Positions 10,011 to 23,616 of a stretch of 64,000 bases of DNA are shown here, piece after piece. Numbering within the stretch: position 1 is the first letter of the stretch; each line of letters opens with the position of its first letter. The DNA comes from Somniosus microcephalus. Its lineage: Eukaryota. The notes below the pieces were generated by a model that was not told the DNA's origin, did not search any database, and saw nothing but the letters and a program-made list of their open reading frames with translations. The DNA is taken from NCBI GenBank assembly GCA_052327205.1, contig CM126210.1, forward strand, positions 197,842,001 through 197,906,000, read 5' to 3'. The position numbers and the translations under genes are program-made.

Positions 10011-12757
10011 ACAAAAATAAATATATTTTCTCTTCACAAAAGCTCTCTGGCCTGTTGTGTAGTAACAGAATTTTCTGTTTTTATATCAGGTTTCCAGCAT
10101 TTGCAGTCTTTCCCTTTCATTTTACCATCAGAATATGAATTATTTCTGCCGCTCAAGAAAGCAAGGTGTGAACAGCAATCTCTCGGTTGCTTTGTGTCTC
10201 GGTTGTCTACGAAGTCATTTTCTCCAAGCACTTTGCTGCAACAGAAATCATCCTAAATGGTCTGGTCAGAGTCTGTACATTTGCATACATTGATGTTTCA
10301 AGGATAAGATGAATTCGGATACAATTAACTTATTAGTGCACTCAGTGCCATCATGGAAATGTGAACATTTCTAGAGGGTATTTTTTTTCTCCACAAGGTA
10401 AAAAAAACTCAAGCCAGTCTTTAACTCTCTTTGGTCTGTTTATACTGTATATAAAAAACAGAATTTGTTCCTGTTTTGGTGCATAATGGAGTTGTATTGA
10501 GCCTAAATATTAAGCAATTAAGTCGACAGGTCTGTCTATTTTTAGTGCATTCATTATTTCAGTCCTCCCCCTGCCTTTTAGGTGAATACACCAACCGCAG
10601 CAGCCCCCCACCTATAGGTCATTAGAAGAGCAGCCCGTGGTGACTACACCACTGATTCTCTTTTTCTTTCCTCTTTGTCACGAAGCACCTGATACCCAGG
10701 CAGCAAGATAGAGATTAGAAATGAGTTGTGAGGGAATAATGAGTCGAAACCCGAGTCCCACCATTCTGTAACATCACCGTTTATCTTACTCATGTGTTCC
10801 TCCCTTGATGAATTATTAATTACATTTGCTAAGAATTACCTCAGATCAATAAATCACTTGTTTTTATTCAAATCATTACATGGTCATTGGATTATTGATA
10901 AATAAAAGGCTTAGCTCGGAATACAAATCAAATAAATAACAGAAATGAAGAGGTCAGAAACCAGAATGTAATACTGCTCTGAATTACACCCGTTCTAGTT
11001 TTATATTCATTTTAAATTGAAGTGAGACATTGAAGCTGTAACAAAGAAAAACATATAAACCATAGATAATGCTTCACAAAATGTTCAGTTAGAGCATTAA
11101 AAAAGGCCAAAAAAACATTGCATGATCATTTCTTACTAAAGTGAACTGCAAAGCAAAAATAAAATTTAAAAATGCATTAAAGGAAATTGAGTACATTGCT
11201 CTTTATTTGGCACAAAACAAATGTTAATATCATGAAGTGCTCTCATTAGAAATTCATCTTTTCACTGTTACGGCTTCCAGATCTGATATATAGAGGTAAA
11301 TATCTTGTAAATCATATACTTTCAAGTAAAGAAACCTATTCTACTGACGTTCTAAAGATGATGTAAACATCTGTTAGATAGTTAGCACTCAGACATCTTG
11401 CTAAAACCATTTCCTTGTTATCAGTCTGTGTATTTGAACTGAGGAAAGTAATTGGTTCTAAAAAATTATTTTCTATTATAAACAATTTTGCCTCACAATT
11501 GGATCTTAATTTTATCTTAAGCAAATCTTGCTCTTGTGAAGTAGACTGTGAAGTCAATAACTGCTACATTTTTAATAATCTTTCCAAAAATGATTTTAGA
11601 TTTTCCCCCAGTTTGGTCCTGTGCCACACAGCCTCCCTTTGGTCAGGAAGGTAGGCATTCACAACTGTGAATTAAGGAAAAATCCTACTTTTAATCCTAC
11701 TCAATGTGCAAAGTGGTCATTTGTGTTGAGAAATTCAGTAAGATGTCTTTATTCCTCTTTCCCTAGGATCTGATTTTTATTTACAGTGCGACTGACTTTT
11801 GAAAAGACAACGTTCACACTAACCTTTGACCTTTACAAATCAGCTCCTTACAATGGCTCGAGGTGGCTTAAATAAACTAGTCACTGGTCGAACCAGTGGG
11901 GGAGGGTAACAACTGACCCATCCCCCCTCAGCACATGCTAACCTCTTTCTTTCCTTAATCCCCTCCACCTTAACAAAATATATTCATCAACCCTTTGCGA
12001 TAAACCCCATCTTTTCCTTTCACAAACCAGTCATATCTTATCTACATTTATCTAGTATAAATTAACCAATTGAAACTGGGTCGCCATTCAACCCGCACTT
12101 AGAATTGCTAATTTATCTTATGCCAGCATAATAGCACAATAATGCTGAAAATAACTGCTTTTATTTAATTCCAAATTCACAAAAACATGAAGTTAACCCA
12201 ATGCAAACTGATACACAGTGATCTATTTAACTAATCCAATCAGTATTTTTGATGTCCAGTACTTGCACGCTAGCTTGTTAGGTATTTTCTATGTTAATAA
12301 CTCAATTTAAAAATGTAGTGTCTAAATTTCCTTTTTAAAAATATGATTACTTACCCTTCTTAACATGAATTCAGTTCTTATGAAGGGTACACACTTGAAG
12401 TGTTAACCTTTTTTCTCCATTTACAGATTCTGACTGACTTTCTTTCATTTCTAAGCATATATCTCGACCACACTCCGTATAACTTGTCAGAGATTGGGGG
12501 GGGGGGGAGGGGGGGAGGGGGTGTGGAACCAGGCTGGAAACCTGTATAACATGAATTTAAATTGTTAGAAGAAATGGAACAGCTGAAACATTGTAAGATT
12601 CTTGAAAGCATATGAATGAAATGTAAAGAAATGTTGCAAATCTGAAGTAAAAGCAGTAAAGCTGGAAATATATAGGTGGTCAGGATCTGTAAAGAGGAAG
12701 GACAGGTTAATATTTTGGGTGTGTATATACGCTTCAGTTGTCTGATAAAGACTAAAA

Positions 12758-12980
12758 TATTGTCCTGGCCAATGTTTATCCCTCAACCAATACCTAAAAA
12801 CAGATTATCTGGTCATTATCGCATTGCTGTTTGCGGGATCTTGCTGTGCGCAGTTTGACTGTCGCGTTTCCGGTATTACAACAGTGACTACACTTCAAAA
12901 GTACAGTGTTGGCTGTACAGTGCTTTGGGACGTCCTGAGGGTGTGAAAGGTGGAATATAAATGCAAGTCTTTCTTTCTTT
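12758..12980 (+). mobile_element. DeuSINE 3' half
   Basis: GTCCTGGCCAATGTTTATCCCTCAACC...TATAAATGCAAGTCTTTCTTT. Confidence 0.85.
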
Positions 12981-13350
12981 CAAAACCAAAGTGTTAACAT
13001 ATTTTCTCTTTACAGGTGCGAACTGACTTTCTGTATATTTCCAGAATCTTCTGCATTTATTTTGTAAGCATGCTTGAAAACTGTACACATCTCTACTGCA
13101 CTCACTATAATTTGGTGACTGAGAAAGACCCATCTATTACCATCTGTATATTGAATGGAGAGGTCACTGACTGAAGTAATGCAACTATTCACTCCCCGGG
13201 AGCCATTTATACAGCCTTTCAATGTGTTTTATATTATCGTTGACGCTATTGTCGTGATATGTTCTCCCCCCGCCTTCCCCTTCCTATCAGACAGTATTCC
13301 TCAATCAGGTGTTCTGCTCCCAGCCCTTTGCCAATGCTATTCTTAAGCCA

Positions 13351-13367
13351 GCCAGTAGGGGGTGCAT
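13351..13367 (+). promoter_or_regulatory. CTCF-like motif
   Basis: GCCAGTAGGGGGTGC matches the CCASYAGRKGGYRS consensus. Motif only, no occupancy evidence. Confidence 0.4.
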
Positions 13368-13499
13368 GAATGTAGTCTGAAGTATACTCAAACCCATATC
13401 TTTAAACTCTGTGGTGTAACCTCTGTTCAGATGCCACTCTTTGAATTTTAGAAATAATTAGTAACTTACTCCCAGGCTCACAATAAACTTTTGAAAAAC

Positions 13500-13700
13500 A
13501 GTTGGCCTCAGTGCCCCTGGGCTAGGCAGAGGGGAAAAATCCGCTCATGTTTCTGCTTCCAATTGCTATCCAGTGACCCTTGGTGGAAAGTACTGCGTGA
13601 ATAGACATTGGGTGACAACAGGATTATGCTCAGTTGTGACATCCCCACCCCCCCCAGGGTGAAATAACTTCCCAACACCCACTGTCCAGGATTATACATG
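13500..13700 (+). mobile_element. Old SINE-like family B fragment (unassigned)
   Basis: Shared core TTGGCCTCAGTGCCCCTGGGCTAGG..TTGCTATCCAGTGACCC with other copies in the window. Confidence 0.65.
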
Positions 13701-15359
13701 ACGAATGTTCAGAAAGACAAGGGGTTGATATCAGCACTGATAGACGTGTAACTCAGCACAAACTACCACATTCAAGAAACGAATTATAATGAAAACCTGG
13801 GCATGAAATAAATACCTGTGGTACAAAGCTTCAGTCGATTAATGAGCTGTAATCCTCAGCATGCAACGTTAATATTTGGTATCTCGGGCAGGAAATGTGT
13901 GCAGAAGTTACATGTGAGAGAAAATGGGAGTGTGAAGAATGTGGTTCTTCATTATTTTACATAGCTGTTAACTAATACACAACCTTTCAAGCATTTACGA
14001 ATGTAAGTATTTTCTAACTAATGTAATTTTCTTGTGTCATTTATTGTGGCTAATAAACACTAAATAATGCAGATTTCTCTAATGATCGCATCTGTTAAAT
14101 TCTGCAAGGACAGGAATTAACTTAAGATTTAGCGCCTAACTCAAAACCTCTATTTTTGTGACCCTCTACCCTATATTATTATAATAATGCAATACTTGTT
14201 ACTTCTGAGTTTAAAAATAATCCCACGCAAAAGGATTTTTTGAAAATAATGCAGCAGAATCGGGCAGCTACAACTGGCCAGCTTTCAACAACAGTGTAAG
14301 TAATTAATACTGTTCTATCCCGTATTCTCATCTAAAGAGGAATGTAATCTGGGTCCCTGTTCCAATTGGTGTTCAGCATCCTTAAGTAGGTATATCTAAT
14401 TAAAACCGGTGCAGCATAAATTTGCCGTGCATGGCAAGTGATTCAATTGACAGCACATCTGGCGCAACTACACAAAAAGATTGTCGTCTCCAGGTCAGAT
14501 ACACTGGTGGGGCTTCTGTGCCCTCATTAGCATGCAAACGCTGACCCCCTTCTTTTCCTCTGTTCCCAAACACAAATTTGATTGGTGACGATTTTGTTGT
14601 TTACCCTCGTCTCCGTTTTCGCCTTTAAACATTTCCCAACTGTCACCGTTTGCAATCTGCTGAAATGCAGTTTGCGGGGAAAAGAAACTCTGAGTGAGGC
14701 TCGGGTCCTCCTCGTTTCACCTAAACAACCACCACGTAGTCTTGGAAGGGAAGGGAGGCTGCACCAGTAATGGGGCACTTCAACGTCTGAGCTGCTGCTG
14801 TTCAGACCATGGGAAAGAGACATCTATCAATCCGCTGGCTCCCCCACGTTTACATTACTAAAACCAGCTCCCTTATCCCAACAGAATTGTAAACCGACAT
14901 TTTCATGGCAACAGCTAGTAACTCTGCTAACAAATGGGGAAAATTAAAAAAAATTGCATTTTAAGGACTTATTTTCCAAGTGTCTACAAGTTAATGCTAA
15001 GAGCTATGCAGAAAATGCCAAACTGAGGACGTGTGTTTGGTCATGTGCTGTTAAAACCATGTTGCATTTTCTAATATGGTTTCAACTGAATGGTGAATGT
15101 TTACCACAGTGGTCGAAAGATGCCAATTGAACCTACTAATAAAGCAGATCTAATTAAGCTGAATAAGATGCCATTTTTCAACATTACAAAGCTTTTTCAC
15201 AGATGCTGCCTGACCTGAATATTCCCAGCATTTTCCGTTTTTATTAAACCTTTTGCAGTACTGGCATTACAAAATCACACTTGAATCTAGCTTTTTAATA
15301 CCACTGCAGGGCTAAAGCCCTTCAGTTTGACTGTGATAATGTTAGCTTATAGGAAATTG

Positions 15360-16050
15360 TCTTTGCATTTTCTTGCCAGAGGAGAAGGTTGAATGGACAC
15401 TGTGACAATGATGGAGGAGAAGACCCAGGACTCGGACCTTATCCCTGTGAAAGGATGTACCGATCATTCCTCAATTACTTAGATGCCTCAGAGGACCAGT
15501 GCCTCCGGAGATTCAGGCTCAGTAGCAAGATAGCAGCTAGCAGCTGTGTCAAATGGTGGCACCTGAATTGGATAGACCCTTAGTGCCTTCAGTTGCTCTT
15601 TCGGTGGATGTGAAATTAGCAACAATCATCTATTCCTTAGCCACAGGTTTGTTCCAAGCAAAATAGAATAATCCCGCAGGTATTAGGCAAGCACAATATA
15701 CACCTGTATTCAGAAGGTGACTGATGCATAAAAGGGATAACAGGTTCATTGATTCCTTTATGAATACAAAATACACAATTACCCACAAAGCATTTATTCA
15801 ATGTTGTTGCTGCCTTCCATAGAGTCAGTGAATTGTCAGGTGGGCAAACAGTTGTCACCAACTCCCAAACACAAGATGAGCATCTGCATCAATGGGAACA
15901 GAAATCAATCATTCCAAAGTGGAACAAACCCTAAATTTTCTGAATCACTCTAAAGGTGCCCTCCAATATGAGCCACTTGTACAATTCTTTGATTTGTTAC
16001 ATGCTGTACAGCCTTGCTAGTATGAGGGGCATCCACCTTGACATATACAG
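15360..16050 (+). pseudogene. Highly decayed Harbinger (HARBI1-like) transposase
   Basis: PYPCERMYRSFLNYLDASEDQCLRRFRLS, ALSVDVKL and GALQYEP resemble N- and C-terminal blocks of Harbinger transposases. Confidence 0.6.
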
Positions 16051-16199
16051 AGGTACAAATCTATGCTTAGATCATTGAGAAGCAGCTCCAGGAGCCTATA
16101 TTCACATCAAGATTTTCTTTTTAATCTGTTAACTGGGTGGCTTAATTGAACACAAATATTCAATTAAAAGTCTATAAAGTAAAAAGCTTATCTTGTTGA

Positions 16200-16910
16200 T
16201 AAGAAAGAAAGAATTGCATTTACATAGCGCCTTTCATGACCACCGGATGTCTCAAAGTGCTTTACAGCCAATGAATTACGTTTTGGAGTGTAGTCACTGT
16301 TGTAATGTGGGAAACACGGCAGCCAATTTGCGCACAGCAAGCTCCCACAAACAGTAATGTGATAATGACCTGATAATCTGTTTTTGTTATGTTGATTGAG
16401 GGATAAATATTGGCCAGGACACCGGGGATAACGCCCCTGCTCTTCTTCAAAATAGTGCCATGAGATCTTTTACGTCCACTTGAGAAAGCAGACAAGGCCT
16501 CGGTTTAACGTCTCATCCAAAAGACGGCACCTCTGACAGTGCAGCACTCCCTCAGCACTGCACTGCACTGTTAGCCCAGCTTTATGTGCTCCAGTCTATT
16601 TAGTCTGCTCAGCATTTAACCACAGCAATGCAGTTGAGATTGGTGACTCAAGACATTGGTGCAAACTGATGTTCCTTCCCCCCCTCCCCCAACTCCATGA
16701 CACAGCATGTTGGTGCTTCATCATTGGTCTGCTTCCAACCCTTTTAGCATTTTGTAATGTAACCCATAAACATGCCTTTATATAAAAGGAAGATGTAATG
16801 TCCTACGACATATGGCACTCTGAAACATTTTTGGAGTCCCTGGAGTGGGACTTGAACCCACAATCTTCTGACTCAGAGGCAAGTGTGCTACCCACTGAGT
16901 CACAGCTGAC
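16200..16910 (-). mobile_element. DeuSINE interrupted by an inverted local duplication
   Basis: 16200-16596 and 16835-16910 join into a full SINE colinear with 59488-59956. Confidence 0.9.
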
Positions 16911-17561
16911 TCTCTACTGAAAAGGCATTACCAAAGAAATCTTTAAATTGCCTTAAAGCCTAACAGCCCAAAATAAGGTCATTTGTTCCATCATAATAAT
17001 GTCTGTCCTTTTACTTGTGGAGTTCTGAGGAATTAGAACAAATTTCTGGTTAAATTAATATGGGGAAAGGAAATTCCTGGTTTTCATCCTCATATTGTTG
17101 GTGACTCAACAGCAGAATCAATTTTCATTAAAGATGTGTAGAATATTTACATTTCTCCACATACTCCTTGTGTTGTGTCATATGAGCTTATGTACTCTTT
17201 TTAACCACTAAATTCATGTGTGATGTCTCCCATAAAGAAAATTGCCATCTTGGTGGCTTTAGTTGCAGCATGAAAAAGTTAGATAGATACTATGTGGTAA
17301 TGCAACAAATTTGTCCTCAAACCATTTCCCCAAAAATGTTTCAGAGTGCCATATGTCGTAGGACATTACATCTTCCTTTTATATAAAGGCATGTTTATGG
17401 GTTACATTACAAAATGCTAAAAGGGTTGGAAGCAGACCAATGATGAAGCACCAACATGCTGTATCATGGAGTTGGGGGAGGGGGGGGAAGGAACATCAGT
17501 TTGCACCAATGTCTTGAGTCACCAATCTCAACTGCATTGCTGTGGTTAAATGCTGAGCAGA
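16604..17561. repeat. Near-perfect inverted repeat, arms 16604-16834 and 17330-17561
   Basis: About 231 bp arms. I see one substitution and one homopolymer length difference. Confidence 0.95.
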
Positions 17562-18151
17562 GGTCAAGCATTTCCCACAGGAACAAAATATCAAAAGGAG
17601 AATCGTGCCCAAGCCACTTTCCTCTACTCCTAGCAATCAGTCTCAGAACAGTTTTGGTGAAGACCTAGGAAAAAGGTCAGCTATCAATCCTCTGGATGCA
17701 AGAAGAGGAAGGGCAGGAAGAAACTTAAACAAAAGAGACAGGCTTTGACTTGTGTGCCCTCAACTAAAGACAGGCGAACATTGTTATTTGTCTCTTAAGA
17801 CATTCTTATTGTGAGAAAGCCTATTACACAGCCAAGGCTGTTTGACCGGGGACATTTAGCACTTTTACAGAATTACCTCAGGGAAAAATCAAAGCGCAAC
17901 CACATGACTAGTGGAGATCTCATTTTTAATGAGCAATCCACACACATTTACTATTTGGTATTAGTTTGAAAACAAGGATTTGAAGTTCAATGAAGATCGG
18001 TGGTACAAATATATAAAGACCCACATTTTAGAGCAAGAGTGAGAAAGAATTCTCTTGTACATTGAGGATAACGGTGACAAAATTTATATTTTTATTTTGT
18101 CTAGTGTTGATTTGGTAGCTGTTCCTTTAAACCCTGTTATAATGCATATAG

Positions 18152-18920
18152 AGGGGGGAACTTTCCCAGCCCTGGGGAGGCGGGTATGGAGGCAGGACTG
18201 CCGGTAAAATGGCAGAAACTGGGAGCGGGTACCGACCCCGCACCGTGTCATCTTCCCGGGAGGCGGGTCCCCGACGCGTGCAGGGACCCGTCTCCGAGGC
18301 GGGAAGGGGATTACCGCCACTTAACTGCCTGTTAACAGGTAATTAACAGACAGTTAAGAGGCTTATCTCCATTTTGAGCCTTCTGCTGCGGGCTTCCCGA
18401 TGACTGCAAACCTTGCCAGGGTCAGCGAAGCGAGCAGTGGGTCTGCGGGGGTGAGAGGTGTCGAAAAGTGTGGAGAGGTAAGTATGAGAGGTGAGTGAAA
18501 AGTCTTAGAAAATGTTTCCTTACCTTTGTTTTTTTCTGCAGGCTTCAACCCTTGGGGATCCGGAGGTGCCTCATCTCAACGGCAGAGATGACAAAATGGC
18601 TGCTGCATTCTCCAATGCAGGAGCCATCTGATTTCTGCCCAGGAAAGAGGTTTGGTAAGTCTTCAGTCCACGAGCTTACCTTTGAACAGAGATTGTCAGT
18701 GTCTGACAATCTCTTCAAAATTTTTGACAGATGAAACGTCATACGCTGACGTCCTGTCACTGGCTTTCCCTTAATTGGCCGGCTAAGCCCGCGGGGCGGG
18801 CTCAACAAGGTCAATCAAGGGAAAATAGCGTGGGTTCACCGGATGTCGTTGGGAGCGGGACTGAAACCAGACAAGCAGCAGTCCCGCCCCCAAAGCGACC
18901 CCATTGATAAAATCCAGCCC
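18152..18920. mobile_element. Non-autonomous Harbinger-type element
   Basis: GC/CpG-rich block bounded by GGGGGGAACTTTCC and AAAATCCAGCCC, with internal palindromes (TTAACTGCCTGTTAACAGGTAATTAA). Confidence 0.6.
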
Positions 18921-19054
18921 AGAGTTTAGTAGCCAGCCAAAGTCAGAAATGTCTCCGACCTATTATGATACAATGTTGAAAGTTTCATCAGTTTTGCTCC
19001 TTATCCTTTGAGATAACAAAAATCTATTGATCTCAGTCTTTAGATTTTTTCAGA

Positions 19055-19535
19055 TGAGACATTAGGCTGCACTGGAGAAGGTGCAAAAAAGATTTACTGG
19101 ACTGATACCAGAACTGAGAGGTTATACCTATCAGGAAAGATTAAATAGGCTGGGGCTCTTTTCTCTAGAAAAGAGAAGACTGAGGGGTGACCTGATAGAG
19201 CTCTTCAAGATTATGAAAGGGTTTGATAGGATAGACATAGAGAAGATGTTTTCACTTGCGGATGAGACCAGAACTAGCTGCCATAAATATAAGATAGTCA
19301 CTAATAAATCCAATAGGGGATTCAGGAGAAACTTCTTTACCAAGAGAGTGGTTAGAATGTGGAACTCGCTACCACAAGGAATAGTTGAGGCAAATAGCAC
19401 AGATACATTTAAGGGGAAGCTAGATAAACACATGAGGGAGAAAGGAATAGAAGAATATGCTGATGGGATTAGATAAAGAGGGGTGGGAGGAGGCTCGTGT
19501 GGGGCATAAACACCAGCATGGACCAGTTGGGATGA
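19055..19535 (+). mobile_element. CR1 3' fragment inserted in a DeuSINE (SINE resumes 19535-19800)
   Basis: QKRFTGLIPELRG..RRLRGDLIE..WNSLP. Deu-domain sequence lies on both sides. Confidence 0.9.
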
Positions 19536-19799
19536 AAAAATCCCATGGCACTATTTCGAAGAGGAGCTGGGGAGTTCTCCCCGGTGTCCTGGCCAATATT
19601 TAATCTTCAACCAACATCACTAAAAAACAGATTATCTGGTCATAATCACATTGCTGTCTGTGGGAGCTTGTTGTGCGCAAATTGGCTGCCGTGTTTCCTA
19701 CATTACAACAGTGACTATACTTCAAAACTACTTCATTGGCTGTAAAGTGCTTTGGGACATCCAAGGTTGTGAAAGGTGCTATATAAATGCAAATCTTTT

Positions 19800-20495
19800 T
19801 TGGGAGGACAGAGTTTGTGTGAAAAAGTGATTTTTGATTTCACTTCTAAATGTCCTAGCTTTAATTTGCCTCTTTGTTCTGGATTCCCCCACCAGAGGAA
19901 ATACAAAAAAATGATGTGTCTATCATATTAAATCCCTTAATCATTTTTAAGTCCTTTATTGAATCAACCTTCTAAAGTTAAGGGAATATAAACCAAGTTT
20001 ATGCAATCTGTCCTCATATAATTTAATCCTTTAAGCCCTGGTATCATACTTTTGAATCTGCACTGTACCCTTTCCAAGGCCAATATATCTTTCCTGCGGT
20101 TTGGTATCCAAAATGGAATGTAGTACTCCAGATGGGGTCTGCCCAAAGCTCTGTACAACTGAAGAACCATTTCCTCACTTCTGTATTCCAGTCCCCTCGA
20201 GATAAAGGCCAACATTCCATTAGCCCCTTAGATTACTTTTTGTACATGTCCACTAGCTTTTAGTGAGCTGTGCACATGGAAACCCAAACTTCTTTGCTCC
20301 TCCACAGCTCCTAGTCTCTCGCCATTAAAAAACAATCCCGATTTGTCTTTCTTGAATCTAAAGTGGATGACCTCACACTTCCCCACATTGAACTCCATCT
20401 GCCATAGTTTTGCCCACTCATTTAGTTTGTCTATTTCCCTTTGTAACTTCCTGCTCCTATCTACACAATTCATGGTGCTTCCTAACTTAGTGTAC
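19800..20495 (-). mobile_element. Decayed CR1 ORF2 fragment
   Basis: WQMEFNVGKCEVIHF, LQLYRALGRPHLEY. Confidence 0.85.
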
Positions 20496-21084
20496 CAGTC
20501 AGTTTCAAGTTTCTGAAAGGAGAAATACTATATATATTTCAAAAGTAATTTACAAAAAAATCAATTTAGCTCTTAGAGTTGCTTTCTTATTATTTTGTCT
20601 ACCCAAGGAATTAACTGGAAGGTTGTCCATTGAAAATATATAGCTATGTTATATTGTGCTGCTCTATCTCTCAAAAATTAAAGTGAGCTCTTATGAAGGC
20701 ATAAGATGTGTGCATCAGGTAAAATCAATTATCAGACTGGGTTTGCTGTTCAGTTCCTGCACACATTAACAAAAGTTTATCTAATCCCAAGGCAAGAATA
20801 GACACTCTACGGTATGGGGAGCTGGGAATCATACTCCAAGAGAATTCATGTCTTCAAGAACCATAGAAGTTTACAGCACAGATAGCCATCTGGCCCATCA
20901 CACCTGTACTGGCATGTTGCTGGAGCAATCCAAAACCAATTTGACTGCCTGCACACTCCTCATAGCCCTGTATCTGTCTCTGCTTTATATATTTATTCAA
21001 TTTGTTTCTTAAAAGATGCAATGGTCTCTGCCTCAATGAATCCCGAGCATTTGATGCTCCAACAACACCATGGTTTTTTTGTTT

Positions 21085-22258
21085 TTTTTTTAAAATTCGT
21101 TTATGGGATCAGGGCGTCGCTGACAAGGCCAGCATTTATTGCCCATCTCTAGTTGCCCTCGAGAAGGTGGTGGTGAGCCGCCTTCTTGAACCGCTGCAGT
21201 CCGTGTGGTGATGGTACTCCCACAGTGCTGTTAGGGAGGGAGTTCCAGGATTTTGACCCAGCAACGATGAAGGATCGGCGATATACTTCTAAGTCAGGAT
21301 GGTGTGTGACTTGGAGGGGAGCTTGGAGGTGTGCCTGCTGCCCTTGTCCTTCTAGGTGGAAGAGGTCGGGGGTTTGGGAGGTGCTGCCGAATAAGCCTTG
21401 GCGAGTTGCTGCAGTGCATCTTGTAGATGGTACACACTGCAGCCACGGTACGCCAGTGGTGAAGGGAGTGAATGTTTAAGGTGGTGGATGGAGTGCCAAT
21501 CAAGCGGGCTGCTTTGCCTTGGATGGTGTCGAGCTTCTTGAGTGTTGTTGGAACTGCACTCATCCAGGCAAGTGGAGAGTATGCCATCACACTCCTTACT
21601 TGTGCCTTGTAGATGGTGGAAAGGCTTTGGGGAGTCAGGAGGCGAGACACTCGCCGCAGAATACCCAGCCTCTGACCTGCTCTTGTTGCCACAGTATTTA
21701 TGTGGCTGGTCCAGTTAAGTTTCTGGTTAATGGTGACCCCCAGGATGTTGATAGTGGGAGATTCGGCGATGGTAATGCCATTGAATGTCAAGGGGAGGTG
21801 GTTAGACTCTCGCTTGTTGGAGATAGTCATTGCCTGGCACTTCTGTGGCGCGAATGTTACCTGCCATTTATCAGCCCAAGCCTGAACGTCGTCCAAGTCT
21901 TGTTGCATGCGGGCATGGACTGCTTCATTATCTGTGGAGTTGTGAATGGAACTGAACACTGTGCAGTCATCAGCGAACATCCCCATTTCTGACCTTATGT
22001 TGGAGGGAAGGTCATTGATGAAGCAGCTGAAGATAGCTGGGCCTAGGACACTGCCCTGAGGAACTCCTGCAGCGATGTCCTGGGGCTGCGATGATTGACT
22101 TTCAACCACCACAACCATCTTCCTCTGTGCTAGGTATGACTCCAGCCAGTGGAGCATTTTCCCCCTGATTCCCATTGACTTCAGTTTTACTAGGGCTCCT
22201 TGATGCCAGACTCGGTCAAATGCTGCCTTGATGTCAAGGGCAGTCACTCTCACCTCAT
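21085..22258 (-). mobile_element. LINE family B (CR1-Zenon-like, tentative), 5'-truncated, RT frame open for about 320 codons
   Basis: ALDIKAAFDRVWHQG, GVPQGSVLGP, MFADD; A-rich tail. Confidence 0.9.
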
Positions 22259-22448
22259 GTAATGAAATTTCTCCTAACATCTCCCCTCTTTTTCAGTGAC
22301 AATTTTAAATTAATGACCCCCGAGTTACTGACTCCCCAACCAGATCAAATAACCTGTCCCTATTCACTATCAAAAACTTTCATAATTTTTAAAAACCTCT
22401 ATTCAATTTCCCCAACCTTCTCTGCTTCAGTGAGAAAGTTCTGGGGGA

Positions 22449-22590
22449 GGGGGTGAAATTGGTCTGCCGCAGTAGCACAAAACGGGCTCATAGCAAATCG
22501 GATGCGCATGTCACACTGTCAGATTTTCTTTTCCATTCACTTCAATGGAGCCCATTTTGTCCTACTAGCAGGCACCAATTTCACCACCCT
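22449..22590. mobile_element. MITE with about 40 bp imperfect TIRs inside a decayed CR1
   Basis: GGGGTGAAATTGGTCTGCCGCAGTAGCACAAAACGGGCTC versus GAGCCCATTTTGTCCTACTAGCAGGCACCAATTTCACC; internal CCATTCACTTCAATGG. Confidence 0.8.
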
Positions 22591-22954
22591 ATATCTGAAG
22601 TCTCTCCTCAACTATATTTTCTCATCCCTGGCATCATCTTAATGAATCTATGCTGTATGCTCTCTATGACTTTAATGCCCTTTCTATAACGAGTCATCTA
22701 TAACAGTTGTCTAGCTTAACCAATGTTTTATACAAATACATCATTACGTCTTTACTCTTGTACTCTATACCCTTATTTATAAAACTAAAATACTGCTGGC
22801 CATTTTTATGTCTTTATCTGACTGCCCTTGCACTTTCAGGACATTATTTATTTGAATCTCTAGTTCTCTCTGTTCATCCATAACCTTCAGTGTCTTTCCG
22901 TTGAGTGTTTAGTCCCATTCTTTGATTTTCCTTCCAAAATGTATTACTCCCAAC

Positions 22955-23080
22955 ACAAAGGCAAAATGCTGGAAATCTGAAATATAAACAGATAATGCTG
23001 GAAATACTCAGCAGGTCAGGCAGCGTCTGTCGAGAGAGAAACAGAGATTACGTCTCAGGTCAGTGACCTTTCCTCAGAAC
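22955..23080 (-). mobile_element. Penelope-like terminal fragment with degenerate hammerhead-like core
   Basis: Reverse complement reads CTGAGGA-A-AGGTCACTGACCT-GAGACGTA. Confidence 0.65.
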
Positions 23081-23327
23081 TCCCACTTGTCCACATTAAA
23101 TTGAATATTCCTCCCATTTGCCTTTCCATCTATATCTTCCTGAGGTCTTTAACAGTCCTCCTCGCTGTTGGCCAAACTTTCTACTTTTGTGCTATCAGTA
23201 AATTTCAATGTTTTGTTCCGAGTCCAAGTCATCAATATATACATAGAGACCAAAAGTGGACCCCTGGAGTACATCATTTGCAACATTTCTCCAATTCAAA
23301 CAATACCCATTTATCCTAACTCTTTAC

Positions 23328-23510
23328 AAGAGCAAATTACTGCGGATGCTAGAAATCTGAACTAAAAACAGAAAATGCTGGAAACACTCAGCAGGTCAGG
23401 CAGCATCTGTGGAGAGAGAAACAGAGTTAACATTTCAGGTCAATGACCTTTCATCAGAACTGGAAAAAGTTAGAGATGTAACAGATTTTAAGCAAGTGCA
23501 GGGACAGGGT
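23328..23510 (-). mobile_element. Penelope-like terminal fragment with minimal type I hammerhead-like core (23422-23463)
   Basis: Reverse complement reads CAGTT-CTGATGA-A-AGGTC ATT GACCT-GAAA-TGTT-AACT. Confidence 0.7.
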
Positions 23511-23616
23511 TGTTTGCTCTCTGTCAACCAACTTTTAGTCCATGCTGTTTATTACTTCTGATAAGCAGGAGGAGAAGAGTGGAATTGCCCAAAGAAAAGT
23601 TCATGAGACTATCTAG

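Noticed and set aside
12497-12525. Long G run
   Set aside because: Simple low-complexity tract
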